Source of the DNA: Christensenellaceae bacterium | Lineage (GTDB): Bacteria; Bacillota; Clostridia; Christensenellales; UBA1750 | Assembly: GCA_031280685.1 (NCBI GenBank) | Contig: JAITGM010000020.1 | Span: forward strand, 21,755-85,754 | Direction: 5' to 3' | Length of the DNA: 64,000 nt | Part shown: piece by piece, positions 37,746-47,209 of the stretch | How the letters are laid out: each line of letters opens with the position of its first letter | How positions within the stretch are numbered: the stretch's first letter is position 1 | Made by a program: the position numbers and the translations under genes | Notes under the pieces: model-generated | Database searches by the model: none | Told to the model about the DNA's origin: nothing | What the model saw: only the letters and a program-made list of their open reading frames with translations

Positions 37746-39896
37746 TTAGACTTCTTCTTCGCCCTCTTCGCTTTCAGCGGCGGCGATTTCTTCTTCCGCG
37801 CCGTCTACCTCTTCAATTTCTTCAATCTCTTCAGGGGGAAGATCGGCAAACTCAAGGCCTTCGTCGCCCTCGGGCAGCTCGGTGCCTTCGCCGTAACTAT
37901 CGGTCTGGCGAATCGAGAGGGAGATGCGCTTGGTGTCTGGGTTGACATCAAGCACGCGCACGCGCACGGTGTCGCCGATGGTGAGCCTATCTTCCACCTT
38001 GGCGATGCGCTCTTCGGCCACCTGCGAGATGTGCACCAGGCCGTCAAGGCCTGGCTCCAGCTCGACGAAGGCGCCAAAGGGCACGATGCGCACGACCTTG
38101 CCTTCAACGATGGAGCCGGCCGGGTAATTGACCGTGGCGGTTTCCCAGGGCTTTGGCTTGGTCTGCTTCAGGCCCAGCGAGATGCGTTCGCGCTCACGGT
38201 CAAGCGCTAGAATCAGCACCTCAAGCTCTTCGCCGGGCTTGACGATGACGGAAGGGTGCTTGACGCGCCCCCAGGAAAGATCGGTGATGTGGATGAGACC
38301 GTCAACGCCACCCAGATCCACGAAGGCGCCAAAGTCGGTCAGCCTGCGCACAACCCCCTGCACGACCTTGCCAACCTCGAGCTTTTCCCAGGCTACGGCC
38401 TTCTTTTCGGCGCTTTCTTCGGCCAAGACCGCCTTGCGCGAGGCGACCAGGCGGCGCTTTTGGCGATCCGCCTCGATGACCTTCAGGCGCAGTTCCTTGC
38501 CGATGAACTGGTCGATCTTTTCGACATAGCGCTCGGAAAGCTGGCTGGCAGGCACGAAGGTGCGGATTCCCTGCACATCGACCAGAAGGCCGCCCTTGAC
38601 GACGCTCTGGCCCACGCCTTCGATGTATTCGTTGTTTTCGAACTTTTCTACCAGGCTGTCCCAGGTTTTGCGGTTGACGATGTTCTTTTGCGAAAGCAGC
38701 ACGTTGCCCTCGCCGTCGTTCACCTTCACGACCTCGACCTCGATCTCATCGCCGATCTTGTAGGCTTCCAAGGGATTCTCGGAAGTGGTCAGCTCGGCTC
38801 TGGGGATCAGCCCGTCGGATTTGTACCCGATATTGACGCAGACCTCGCCTTCGGTGACCTGCACCACGGTGCCGGTCACGGTCAGGCCCGGGCGGATAGA
38901 AACCATGGTCTGTTCAAACGCCGCGGCAAATTCAGGCTCCGCGCCCGGGTCGCTGCCGGCCGCGTCTTCTTCGGCGGCGACCACTTCCTCGATCGAAGCC
39001 GGGGCTGTGGGCTGCTCGAAGGCTGCGGTTTCTTCCGTTGCGGGTTCGTCGGTCGGGTTGGGCAGGTTCTTGTCAAGCTCGCTCATTCTGGTTACAACCT
39101 CCTTGATGATCTCATCCGGCGTGGAGGCGCCGGCTGTGATTCCTACATGGTCTTCCCTGCGGAAGGGGATGCCCTCAAGCTCCTGCGGCGAAGCGATCAG
39201 GTAAGAACGCTCGCAAAGGCGCTTTGAGGTTTCGAACAGGCGCTGGGTATTCGCGCTTTGGCGCGAGCCGAGCACCAGCATGAGATCCACCCTGGCTGCC
39301 AGCTCGGCCGCGGCGCGCTGGCGCGCGCTGGTCGCGGGGCAAATGGAGTCGAAGACCTCGATTTCGGGGTATCTTGCGCGGAGCGCTTCAACGATGCGAA
39401 GGAAATGGCTCCGAATGAAGGTGGTTTGCGCCAAGACCAGGGGGGAAGAGAGGGAGGCAGGCAGATTTTCGACCGCCGATTCGTTTTCGATGAAGAAAAC
39501 CTCGCCCTTCGCCCAGGCCCTGGTGGCCAAAAGCTCGGGGTGATCCCTTTCGCCGACCAAGATCAGCGCCCCGTCGTGCTCCGCCGCCCTTTGGTGGACT
39601 TTCGCCACGTCAGGGCAGCTTAGGTCGGCCACGGCCAGTCCCCTTGCCGCAAGCTCAGCCAAGACGGAGGGGCTTGTGCCGTGGGAGGCGACGACCACGA
39701 TGCCCTCTTGAATTTCATCCGCAGTCATGGCCAGCCTTGCGCCTCTTTGCAGGAAGCGATCGACGACCTGCGGATTGTGGATGAGCGGGCCGAGCATCGT
39801 AAGCCGCTGCCCCGCCGCCAACAGTTCGTTCAGCCCATCGACCGAACGACGAACGCCATAGCAGAAGCCGGCCTGCAAAGAAAGCTCGATTTTCAT
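37746..39896 (-). CDS. ispH: Fusion protein: 4-hydroxy-3-methylbut-2-enyl diphosphate reductase (IspH/LytB) + ribosomal protein S1 (four S1 domains) + acidic tail
   Basis: The N-terminal ~285 aa are LytB-like (FCYGVRR, CPDVAKVH, SICPAT...). Four S1 repeats follow (G.V..V....V.V.IG....GLI/H...). The C-terminus is E-rich. Confidence 0.9.
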   Translation of the reverse strand: MKIELSLQAGFCYGVRRSVDGLNELLAAGQRLTMLGPLIHNPQVVDRFLQRGARLAMTADEIQEGIVVVASHGTSPSVLAELAARGLAVADLSCPDVAKVHQRAAEHDGALILVGERDHPELLATRAWAKGEVFFIENESAVENLPASLSSPLVLAQTTFIRSHFLRIVEALRARYPEIEVFDSICPATSARQRAAAELAARVDLMLVLGSRQSANTQRLFETSKRLCERSYLIASPQELEGIPFRREDHVGITAGASTPDEIIKEVVTRMSELDKNLPNPTDEPATEETAAFEQPTAPASIEEVVAAEEDAAGSDPGAEPEFAAAFEQTMVSIRPGLTVTGTVVQVTEGEVCVNIGYKSDGLIPRAELTTSENPLEAYKIGDEIEVEVVKVNDGEGNVLLSQKNIVNRKTWDSLVEKFENNEYIEGVGQSVVKGGLLVDVQGIRTFVPASQLSERYVEKIDQFIGKELRLKVIEADRQKRRLVASRKAVLAEESAEKKAVAWEKLEVGKVVQGVVRRLTDFGAFVDLGGVDGLIHITDLSWGRVKHPSVIVKPGEELEVLILALDRERERISLGLKQTKPKPWETATVNYPAGSIVEGKVVRIVPFGAFVELEPGLDGLVHISQVAEERIAKVEDRLTIGDTVRVRVLDVNPDTKRISLSIRQTDSYGEGTELPEGDEGLEFADLPPEEIEEIEEVDGAEEEIAAAESEEGEEEV

Positions 39897-40006
39897 GTTA
39901 TTTCCATTGCGGCTCCCTATAAAAACGCTTCTTGCCTAAAGAATTCGATAGGCCCGCCAAATTTCCTGCCCTTTTGCCCTTTTTGGCGGAGAAGAAATGT
40001 TATTAT

Positions 40007-40606
40007 TCAGTTAAGAAACGAGGTTTGGCGCAGCGCGAGCAGCGCTTCGCGGATTTGCGCCTCCGCAAGGTCGATATCGCGCTTGCGCACGCCTTCAACG
40101 CCCGCGAAGGCGACGGCCTGACCGCAGCGGATCCGCAGGCCGTGAAGCGGCTCGTAATGCCCCGAGATCCACAAGGGCAGAACCGGCACGCCAGCGCGCA
40201 GGGCGACCATGGCCGCGCCGGAATGCAGGGGAAGCAGATCGACCGATTCTGGCTGCAGGTTGCGCGTGCCCTCGGGGAAGATCAGGAGCAGACTACCCGC
40301 CTGCACGGCCGCGATCATCTCTTTAAGGGCGGAAACGCCGGGGTTTTGGCGATCGATCAGGATTGCTCCGGCCGCGGTTGCGAAAAAACGCCCGAAGGGG
40401 TTCCGGCCGATCTCCTTTTTGCCCACGTAGACGATATGCCGCCGCGTCAAGCAGGAAACCGTGATCATATCCCAAACCGAAAGATGGTTGCAGACCAGCA
40501 CCGCCCCGCCCTTTTGGGGGATGTTTTCGCACCCCGCGCGGCGAAGCCGGGTCCAAAAGAAGGTGAGGAAGGCCGCAAGCTCGCGAAAGACTGCGTAAAA
40601 CATCAT
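40007..40606 (-). CDS. plsC: 1-acyl-sn-glycerol-3-phosphate acyltransferase
   Basis: HxxxxD motif (NHLSVWD) and FPEGTR. Overlaps the cmk stop by 4 nt. Confidence 0.85.
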   Translation of the reverse strand: MMFYAVFRELAAFLTFFWTRLRRAGCENIPQKGGAVLVCNHLSVWDMITVSCLTRRHIVYVGKKEIGRNPFGRFFATAAGAILIDRQNPGVSALKEMIAAVQAGSLLLIFPEGTRNLQPESVDLLPLHSGAAMVALRAGVPVLPLWISGHYEPLHGLRIRCGQAVAFAGVEGVRKRDIDLAEAQIREALLALRQTSFLN

Positions 40607-41265
40607 CGCCGCCCCATGAGGGCGAGGAGGAGTTCCACAACCTCGTCGATGGTCAAATCGCCACTATCGACCACCGTGGCGCCCTCCGCGCGGACGAGGG
40701 GGGACTCCGCCCTGGTGCTATCCTGCAGGTCGCGGCGGCGAAGCTCGCTCAAAACCGTTTCTAGCGCGATGTTTTCGCCCTTTTCGCGCAGCTCCAAATG
40801 GCGGCGCGCGGCTCTGATGCCGTCGTCCGCGGTCAAGAAGAACTTGAACTCGGCCTGTGGCAGCACCTTGGTGCCTATATCGCGGCCGTCCATCACGATG
40901 TTTTGGCCCTTTGCGATTTCCTGCTGCATGGCCACGAGCCATTCGCGCACGACGCGCTGCGCCGAAACCGCGGAGGCGGCCAGCGAAACCTCGCGGCTGC
41001 GAATCGCTGAGCCCACATCTTCGCCATCCAAGAAAAGGCGTTGATCCAGGCCGTTTTTGCCGCGCTCCACGCGCAAGATAGTGCCCTGCAGCATGGCCTT
41101 AAGCGCGGCTCCGTCCGAAAGCTCCAGCCCCAGGCGCAGCGCCTTCAGGCCAACGGCGCGATACATCGCGCCGGTGTCTAGATAGGTCAGCCCAAGGCGC
41201 TTCGCCAGCGCCTTGGCTATGGTGGACTTTCCAGCCCCGGCTGGACCGTCGATTGCGATATGCAC
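40603..41265 (-). CDS. cmk: Cytidylate kinase
   Basis: IAIDGPAGAGKSTIAKALAKRLGLTYLDTGAMYRA. Confidence 0.95.
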   Translation of the reverse strand: MHIAIDGPAGAGKSTIAKALAKRLGLTYLDTGAMYRAVGLKALRLGLELSDGAALKAMLQGTILRVERGKNGLDQRLFLDGEDVGSAIRSREVSLAASAVSAQRVVREWLVAMQQEIAKGQNIVMDGRDIGTKVLPQAEFKFFLTADDGIRAARRHLELREKGENIALETVLSELRRRDLQDSTRAESPLVRAEGATVVDSGDLTIDEVVELLLALMGRR

Positions 41266-41301
41266 GAAAAAACCGCCTTTGCTCTTTCAAATTACGCCTT
41301 T

Positions 41302-42525
41302 TTATGCGCTGGCAGCGCTATGCCCGGCCAGCGCGCCGGTGGACCAGGCAATCTGCAGGTTGAAGCCGCCGGTGTAGCCGTCCACATCCAGCATTTCGCC
41401 CGCGAAATACAGCCCGGGCACCAGCTTGGATTGCAGGGTGCTCGGGTCGATCTGCTTAATCTTCAGCCCGCCGCGCGTGATGATGGCCTCGTCAATCGGG
41501 CGAAAGCCCGCGGCGTGCAAAGGCAGCGCCTTTAAGGCGCCGGCCAAATCGCCCCTTTGGGCGCGGGTGAGCTGCGAAGCGATGGTGCCATCTGGGATGG
41601 CGGCTTGCGCCAGCAGTACGGGTGCCATGGATTTGGGCGCGAGCGCGCCCATGAGGTTGGCCATTTGCCTGCGGGGTTCGGCCGCGAGCTCGCGCAGGAG
41701 CCTGGCGTCGAGCTGCTCGTGGCTAAGGCCCGGCTTTAGGTCTATGAGCAAATGAAGTTCATCCAGCGGCCCTTCGACCAGGTGGGCGGAGGCCGAAAGC
41801 ACCAGCGGGCCCGATAGCCCAAAGTGCGTAAAGAGCATCTCGCCAAGCTCTTTAAATAGCAGCTTCTTGCCTTGTTTGGCGCTGAACTCCACGTTTTTAA
41901 GCGAAAGGCCGCTTAAGGCCCTGGGCCAATCCTCCTTGGTGAGGATGGGGATGAGCGAGGGCTTTAAATCGGTGATTTCGTGCCCCAGCCCCCGGGCAAG
42001 CTGAAGGCCGAAACCGTCCGAACCCGTGGCCGGGTAAGAAAGCCCGCCGGTGCAGAGGATGACGCGCGAAAAAAGCTCTTCCCGGCCGTTCGCGGAAAGG
42101 TGAAAGCCGCTTTCAGCCCTTTTGATCGCTTCGACCCTCGCATTCAGGCGGATTTCCACGCCCAGGGCGCGCAGCCTGCCTTCGAGCGCGCGGCTTACGT
42201 CGCTGGCCTTGTTCGAAACGGGAAAGACCCGGTCCCCGCGCTCGACGTTCAGGGGAACCCCAAGGCCCTCGAGGAGATCCATCATCTGCAGGTTCGAAAA
42301 AAAGTGCATGGCGCTGTGCATGAACTTGCCGTTGTGCGCAAAGCCCTTAAAGAACTCGTCCCCGATCTTGGCGTTGGTCAGGTTGCAGCGGCCCTTGCCC
42401 GTGATGTAGACCTTTTTGCCGAGCTTCTCGTTGCCCTCGAACAAGGTCACGTTGGCGCCCGCTTCCGCCGCCTTTATGCCCGCCATGAGCCCGGCCGCGC
42501 CCCCGCCGATGATCGCGATCCGCAT
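41302..42525 (-). CDS. FAD-dependent flavoprotein, HI0933/BaiN (aminoacetone oxidase-like) family
   Basis: IAIIGGGAAGLMAG dinucleotide fold, length ~407 aa and the C-terminal GEMLDVDGYTGGFNLQ motif of the HI0933 family. Confidence 0.8.
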   Translation of the reverse strand: MRIAIIGGGAAGLMAGIKAAEAGANVTLFEGNEKLGKKVYITGKGRCNLTNAKIGDEFFKGFAHNGKFMHSAMHFFSNLQMMDLLEGLGVPLNVERGDRVFPVSNKASDVSRALEGRLRALGVEIRLNARVEAIKRAESGFHLSANGREELFSRVILCTGGLSYPATGSDGFGLQLARGLGHEITDLKPSLIPILTKEDWPRALSGLSLKNVEFSAKQGKKLLFKELGEMLFTHFGLSGPLVLSASAHLVEGPLDELHLLIDLKPGLSHEQLDARLLRELAAEPRRQMANLMGALAPKSMAPVLLAQAAIPDGTIASQLTRAQRGDLAGALKALPLHAAGFRPIDEAIITRGGLKIKQIDPSTLQSKLVPGLYFAGEMLDVDGYTGGFNLQIAWSTGALAGHSAASA

Positions 42526-43389
42526 TTAACTATCCTTCCCAATGTAGACTTGGTTCTTTTCCCAAAGGGATTCCATTTTTGAAAAATAGGCAGAAACCTC
42601 GCCCTTGTGGCGAATCGAAAGCGCAACGATCAGCGCGTTGATGAGGCTCAGCGGCGCTACGAGCGAATCGACGAAGGAAGCCATGTCGCTCCGCGCGGTC
42701 AGGCATAAGTCGCTGAGCTGGCCAAGGGGGGAGAGGGGCGTATCCGTGATGGCCAAAACCCGCGCGCCCTGCTCGCGCGCATAGACCATCGCGTCGATGG
42801 TTCTGCGCGAGTAGCGCGGAAAGGAGATGGCGATCAATAAATCGCCTCCCCCCACGCGCGCGATCTGCTCCATTACGTCCGAAACGCCGGAGGTGATGAC
42901 CGAAACATCTCTGTGGATGAAGTTCATGTAATAGCCCAGGAACTGCGCTAGCGGCCCCGAGGAGCGCACGCCCACGAGATAGACCCTTTTGGCCGAGGAA
43001 ATCGCCTCGATGGACTGCAAAAAAATCTGCTCGTCCACATCTTCGATGGTCTGGCGGATATTTTGCATATCGGCTCGCAGAACCGTCGAAAGCGCGGCGA
43101 TCTCTGAAAGGTCGCCGGTCATTTCCACCCGCTGCACTGCGGTGAGGCGGTTGCGGATCATCTCCTGCAAGGCCTTTTGCAGCGTGGGGTAGCCGTCGTA
43201 GCCCAGGGCGATGGCGAAGCGCACCACAGTGGATTCGCTGACCTCTACCTTTTGCCCAAGCCGCGCGGCGGTCATGAAGGCGGCCTTGTCGTAATGGTTT
43301 ACGATGTATTCGGCGATGCGCTTTTGGCCCTTTGAGAGCTTGCGGCCCGTTTGGTTGATGCGCGCGAGCAGCTCCTGCCTGTGTTCCAA
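42526..43389 (-). CDS. MurR/RpiR-family transcriptional regulator (HTH + SIS domain)
   Basis: The N-terminal HTH_6 segment (LSKGQKRIAEYIVNHYDKAAFMTAARLGQKVEVSESTVVRFA) and a SIS domain. Abuts the flavoprotein gene with no spacer. Confidence 0.85.
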   Translation of the reverse strand: MEHRQELLARINQTGRKLSKGQKRIAEYIVNHYDKAAFMTAARLGQKVEVSESTVVRFAIALGYDGYPTLQKALQEMIRNRLTAVQRVEMTGDLSEIAALSTVLRADMQNIRQTIEDVDEQIFLQSIEAISSAKRVYLVGVRSSGPLAQFLGYYMNFIHRDVSVITSGVSDVMEQIARVGGGDLLIAISFPRYSRRTIDAMVYAREQGARVLAITDTPLSPLGQLSDLCLTARSDMASFVDSLVAPLSLINALIVALSIRHKGEVSAYFSKMESLWEKNQVYIGKDS

Positions 43390-43451
43390 TGCGCATCCCT
43401 CCTATCTGCTTTAAACGCTAGGCCCCATTATAGCCTTTTCTGGCCCGTTCA

Positions 43452-44189
43452 TCAAGGGCGGAGGCTCTTGGCGATGCGCGCGGCCGCGCCGAGCTGGGCG
43501 TGGGCGGTCATATCCCAGTGCAGAGGGGTCAGGACGATCTTGCCCGCGCGCATTTCGTCGCCGTCGGAGCCCGTGCCGGGGAATTCATTGAGGAACGGGC
43601 CGTAACGGTACTCGTTCTCGGCAGGCGAAGTAAAGTCCTGGTTGTAGTGCTGCAGGCCCAGCGGCGCCACGGCAATTTGCGGCCTGTCGCCCTGCTGCAG
43701 ATTGGGCAGGTTCACGTTGAGCAGGCAGCCAAGGGGCAGCGGATCTTGCAGAAAGGCCTCGAAGATTTCGGCCGAAACCTCGCCGCAGTAGGCGCTGTTG
43801 TGAAAGTTCCCCCTGGTGCGCACCGAAAAGGCGAGCGCGGGCCGCCCCTGAAAGACCCCTTCCATCGCGGCTGAAACCGTGCCGGAATAGTGCGTGTCTC
43901 CGCCCACATTCGGGCCAGCGTTCATGCCGGAAACCACGATCTCGGCTTCGGGGGCGATCTTGCACAAGCCCAGCAGAACGCAATCGGCCGGGCTGCCGCT
44001 GACCGCGTAGCCGATGCCGGCCTTTTCCACCCTTAGGCTGCCGCTTACGGTAATGCCGTGGCCGGCGGCGCTGCGCTGCTCGCTGGGGGCGACCACGGTG
44101 ACGCGGTGTTTTTTGCGCAAAGCCTCATATAGGGCGATGATGCCCTCGGCATGGATGCCATCGTCGTTGCTCAACAGGACGTGCGCCAT
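43452..44189 (-). CDS. surE: 5'/3'-nucleotidase SurE
   Basis: The start is taken at MAHVLLSNDDGIHAEGI (ATG at 44189) rather than the listed 44264. Conserved SurE N-terminal motif. Confidence 0.9.
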   Translation of the reverse strand: MAHVLLSNDDGIHAEGIIALYEALRKKHRVTVVAPSEQRSAAGHGITVSGSLRVEKAGIGYAVSGSPADCVLLGLCKIAPEAEIVVSGMNAGPNVGGDTHYSGTVSAAMEGVFQGRPALAFSVRTRGNFHNSAYCGEVSAEIFEAFLQDPLPLGCLLNVNLPNLQQGDRPQIAVAPLGLQHYNQDFTSPAENEYRYGPFLNEFPGTGSDGDEMRAGKIVLTPLHWDMTAHAQLGAAARIAKSLRP

Positions 44190-44312
44190 GGTGCCAGCCT
44201 CCAATCGTGTTCGTTTCACTTCAAGTATAGCATATTTGGGCGCGGCGCGCCAAAAGCTTTTCATTGAAGGGGAACTGTGCTATGATGGCGGGAAGAAAAG
44301 CGAGAAATAGGA

Positions 44313-46025
44313 GTGGTTTTTGTGGATTACCCCGCGCACATCGCCCAAAAGCTGTTTTCGCGCATTCAAGGCGCTTATGGCATGGAGATCGAGGGGCTTG
44401 AGGGCTTTTTGGAAACCCCACCGGATCCCTCACTGGGCGATTACGCCTTCCCCTGCTTCAAGCTCTCAAAGGCGCTGCGCGCCGCGCCGCCTAAAATCGC
44501 CCAGACCCTTGCCGAGGGCTTTGCGGCGGACGAGTACATCGCAAAGCTCGAATGCGCCGGCGGCTATTTGAACTTCTTCCTCAACCAGGCGGCCTTTGCG
44601 GCGGCGGTGCTGGATGAGGTGCTGCAAAAGGGCGAGAAATACGGCGCTTCCGGCGAGGGCCAGGGCCGCGTGGTCTGCATCGACTATTCTTCCATCAACA
44701 TCGCCAAGCGCTTCCATATCGGCCACCTTTCCACGACGATGATCGGCAACGCGCTCAAGAATCTTTATAACCACCTGGGCTACAAAAGCGTGGGCATCAA
44801 CCACTTGGGCGACTGGGGCACCCAGTTTGGCCGAATGATTGCGGCCTATTTGAAGTGGGGCAGCAGGGAAATGGTCGAAGAAGGCGGGGTTAAGGCCCTG
44901 ATGGCCCTCTATGTGCGCTTCCACGAGGAGGTCGAAAACGACAAGTCCCTCGAGGACGAGGGGCGCTTTTGGTTTAAGAAGATCGAGGAGGGCGACGCGC
45001 AGGCCCTTGAGATTTTTGCCTGGTTCAAGGAGCTGACCCTTAAGGACGCGGCAAGGGTCTATGAAACCCTGGGCGTCAGCTTTGACTCCTACGCGGGCGA
45101 AAGCTTCTATAACGACAAGATGGGCAGGGTTGTGGATGAATTGCGCCAAAAGGGCCTGCTGGTTGAGTCCCAAGGGGCCTATGTGGTCGATTTGGAGGCC
45201 GAAAAGATGCCGCCCTGCATCATTCTGAAGAAGGATGGCGCCACGCTCTACGCCACGCGCGACATCGCGGCGGCGCTCTATCGTAAAGACAATTATGATT
45301 TTGCCAAGAGCCTTTACGTCGTGGCCTATCAGCAGGATCTGCACTTTCGGCAGGTCTTTAAGACCATCGAAAAGATGGGCTATGATTGGGCCGCCGACAT
45401 GGAGCACGTTTCCTTCGGCATGATCTCTTACGAGGGCGAAACCCTTTCCACCCGCAAGGGCAATGTGGTCTATTTGGAAGATGTGCTCGAAAAGGCGGTC
45501 GAAAAGGCCCGCGCCATCATGGAAGAAAAGAGCCCGGAGCTGGAGGGCAAGGACGAGGTGGCCAGGCAGGTGGGCATCGGTGCGGTGATCTTCTTCGATC
45601 TGTTCAATTCGCGCATCAAAGACATCGACTTTTATTGGGATCGCGTGCTGAACTTCGACGGCGAAACCGGCCCCTACGTGCAATACAGCCACGCGCGCTG
45701 CTGCTCGGTTCTGCGCCGGGGCGAAGGGGTTCCGCAGGTGCCCGATTACGAGGGGCTCAACAACCCGCAGGCCTTGGCCGTGTTGCGCGCGCTTGAGCGC
45801 TTTCCCCAGGTGCTGCGCGAAGCTTGCCAGCGCAACGAGCCCTATCTCGTCGCGCGCTTTTCGGTCGAATTGGCGCAGGCCTACAATCGCTTTTATTACG
45901 AACACCAAATCTTGGGCGAAAGCGCGGGCGTCAGCGCGGCTAGGCTGAGGCTGACGCGGGCCGCGCAGGCGGTTTTGCGCCTTTCGCTTTCGCTCATCGG
46001 CATCCAGGCGCCAGAGAGGATGTGA
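44313..46025 (+). CDS. argS: Arginine--tRNA ligase
   Basis: Class I motifs (FHIGHL; LSTRKG as the KMSKS-type loop), an Arg-tRNA synthetase N-domain and a DALR anticodon-binding C-terminus. Confidence 0.95.
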   Translation: MVFVDYPAHIAQKLFSRIQGAYGMEIEGLEGFLETPPDPSLGDYAFPCFKLSKALRAAPPKIAQTLAEGFAADEYIAKLECAGGYLNFFLNQAAFAAAVLDEVLQKGEKYGASGEGQGRVVCIDYSSINIAKRFHIGHLSTTMIGNALKNLYNHLGYKSVGINHLGDWGTQFGRMIAAYLKWGSREMVEEGGVKALMALYVRFHEEVENDKSLEDEGRFWFKKIEEGDAQALEIFAWFKELTLKDAARVYETLGVSFDSYAGESFYNDKMGRVVDELRQKGLLVESQGAYVVDLEAEKMPPCIILKKDGATLYATRDIAAALYRKDNYDFAKSLYVVAYQQDLHFRQVFKTIEKMGYDWAADMEHVSFGMISYEGETLSTRKGNVVYLEDVLEKAVEKARAIMEEKSPELEGKDEVARQVGIGAVIFFDLFNSRIKDIDFYWDRVLNFDGETGPYVQYSHARCCSVLRRGEGVPQVPDYEGLNNPQALAVLRALERFPQVLREACQRNEPYLVARFSVELAQAYNRFYYEHQILGESAGVSAARLRLTRAAQAVLRLSLSLIGIQAPERM

Positions 46026-46029
46026 GGGC

Positions 46030-46698
46030 ATGGAAGAGCTGCGCAGCTTTTTACAGGGGCGCGGTGCGAAGCTCGTCGGCTTTGCCGACCTGCGGGAGTT
46101 CGCCCAAAGCTACCCCTTTGGCGTGGCCCTTGCGCTGCCGCTGCCTAAGGGGGTTTTGCGCGGCATCGAAGGCGGCCCGAAGCGCGATTATTTCGAAGCG
46201 TACCATGCGCTGAACGCGGAGCTGGACGGCCTTGCCCTTGCGGGCGAGGCCTTTTTGCGCGAAAAGGGCAACAAAGCCTTCGCGCAGACCGTGGAGAGGG
46301 TCGTCGAAAGCGAGGATTACCGCAGCGAGATGCCGCATAAGACCGTCGCGACCCGTGCCGGACTGGGCTGGATCGGCAAGAGCGCCCTGCTCGTGACCAG
46401 GGAATTCGGCCCGGCGCTGCGCCTAAGCTCCATCTTGACCGACGCGCCGCTCGACTGCGCGAAGCCCAGCGACGTTTCGCTCTGCGGAGAGTGCGCCGCC
46501 TGCCAAGCTGGCTGCCCGGCGGGCGCGATTTTGGGTGAAAACTGGCAAAGGTGCCTGGAGCGGAAAGGGCTTGTGGATGTCTTCCGCTGTCGCGAATATG
46601 CGCGGGCCCTGGCCAAAGAAAGGCTCGGCGAGGCAATCACCCTCTGCGGAAAGTGCATCGCGGCCTGCCCCTATGCCAGGGCTTACTTGGCCGGCTAG
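46030..46698 (+). CDS. 4Fe-4S double-cluster protein, short epoxyqueuosine-reductase (QueG)-like
   Basis: HKTVATRAGLGWIGKSALLVT, CGECAACQAGCP and CGKCIAACP. Confidence 0.6.
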   Translation: MEELRSFLQGRGAKLVGFADLREFAQSYPFGVALALPLPKGVLRGIEGGPKRDYFEAYHALNAELDGLALAGEAFLREKGNKAFAQTVERVVESEDYRSEMPHKTVATRAGLGWIGKSALLVTREFGPALRLSSILTDAPLDCAKPSDVSLCGECAACQAGCPAGAILGENWQRCLERKGLVDVFRCREYARALAKERLGEAITLCGKCIAACPYARAYLAG

Positions 46699-47209
46699 TT
46701 GAGGAAGAGAGACGCCGTGGGCGGGGCAAGGAAAGCGTGAATTGTTTCGCTGCCACTTACGAGGAGCGCAGCGAGCGCGGAGGTGGCGAGGGCGGGTCGG
46801 GGCTGGGGAACCGAAATCGCCCTCCCCGCACCCCCTTACGGGCCTGAAGGCCCTGCAGGGGGCGGGGGAGGCCAATGCCGCGCTGCGGCGCGGGGGTCGT
46901 AGCCGCGGCCTCGAGCGACAAACCCTGCCCTGCCTGCCAATGCCGCCAGAGGAACGCCGTGCCCGTCGAGTTTCCTTGTGACCCGGCGGCGTTTCGCGAG
47001 GCAAGGGGAGCTTGCGGCCTGCCTCAGGGGGAGCGCGAGGGGGTTGCCCCCTCGCTGGTGGTGATGGCGGGTCACCCAAAGGAAAAAGGCCCTTCTTTGG
47101 TTCTGCCCGCTGGGCGGGGAGCGATGGCAAGAAATTTTCACGGCTGCTCCAGTGTCAAAAAGGGCCGGGCGATGGTATATTAGGGGTAAATGAGAGCAAA
47201 GGGGGATTT
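46699..47209. other. ~510-nt GC-rich non-coding spacer with several strong hairpins
   Basis: Nested hairpin CCTCCCCGCACCCCCT...GGGCC-TGAA-GGCCC...AGGGGGCGGGGAGG (~46821-46871). Hairpin GCGAGGGGG-TTG-CCCCCTCGC (47033-47053). The only ORFs are R/G/P-rich with no motifs. Confidence 0.5.

Noticed and set aside
37741-39227. Plus-strand ORFs 37386-38210 (tail part) and 38256-39227 overlapping the ispH::S1 gene
   Set aside because: The tail of the first exists only because the decayed NUDIX frame lacks a stop. It passes through a terminator hairpin. Both are antisense to well-supported S1 repeats.
44190-44312. T-box leader upstream of argS
   Set aside because: Only ~120 nt separate divergent surE and argS. 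There is no T-box sequence, specifier loop or terminator/antiterminator pair.
44466-46031. 521-aa minus-strand ORF covering all of argS
   Set aside because: It is antisense to a gene with unambiguous ArgRS motifs. Its product is R/A/G/H/L-rich with no motifs. Long stop-free antisense frames are expected in GC-rich coding DNA.
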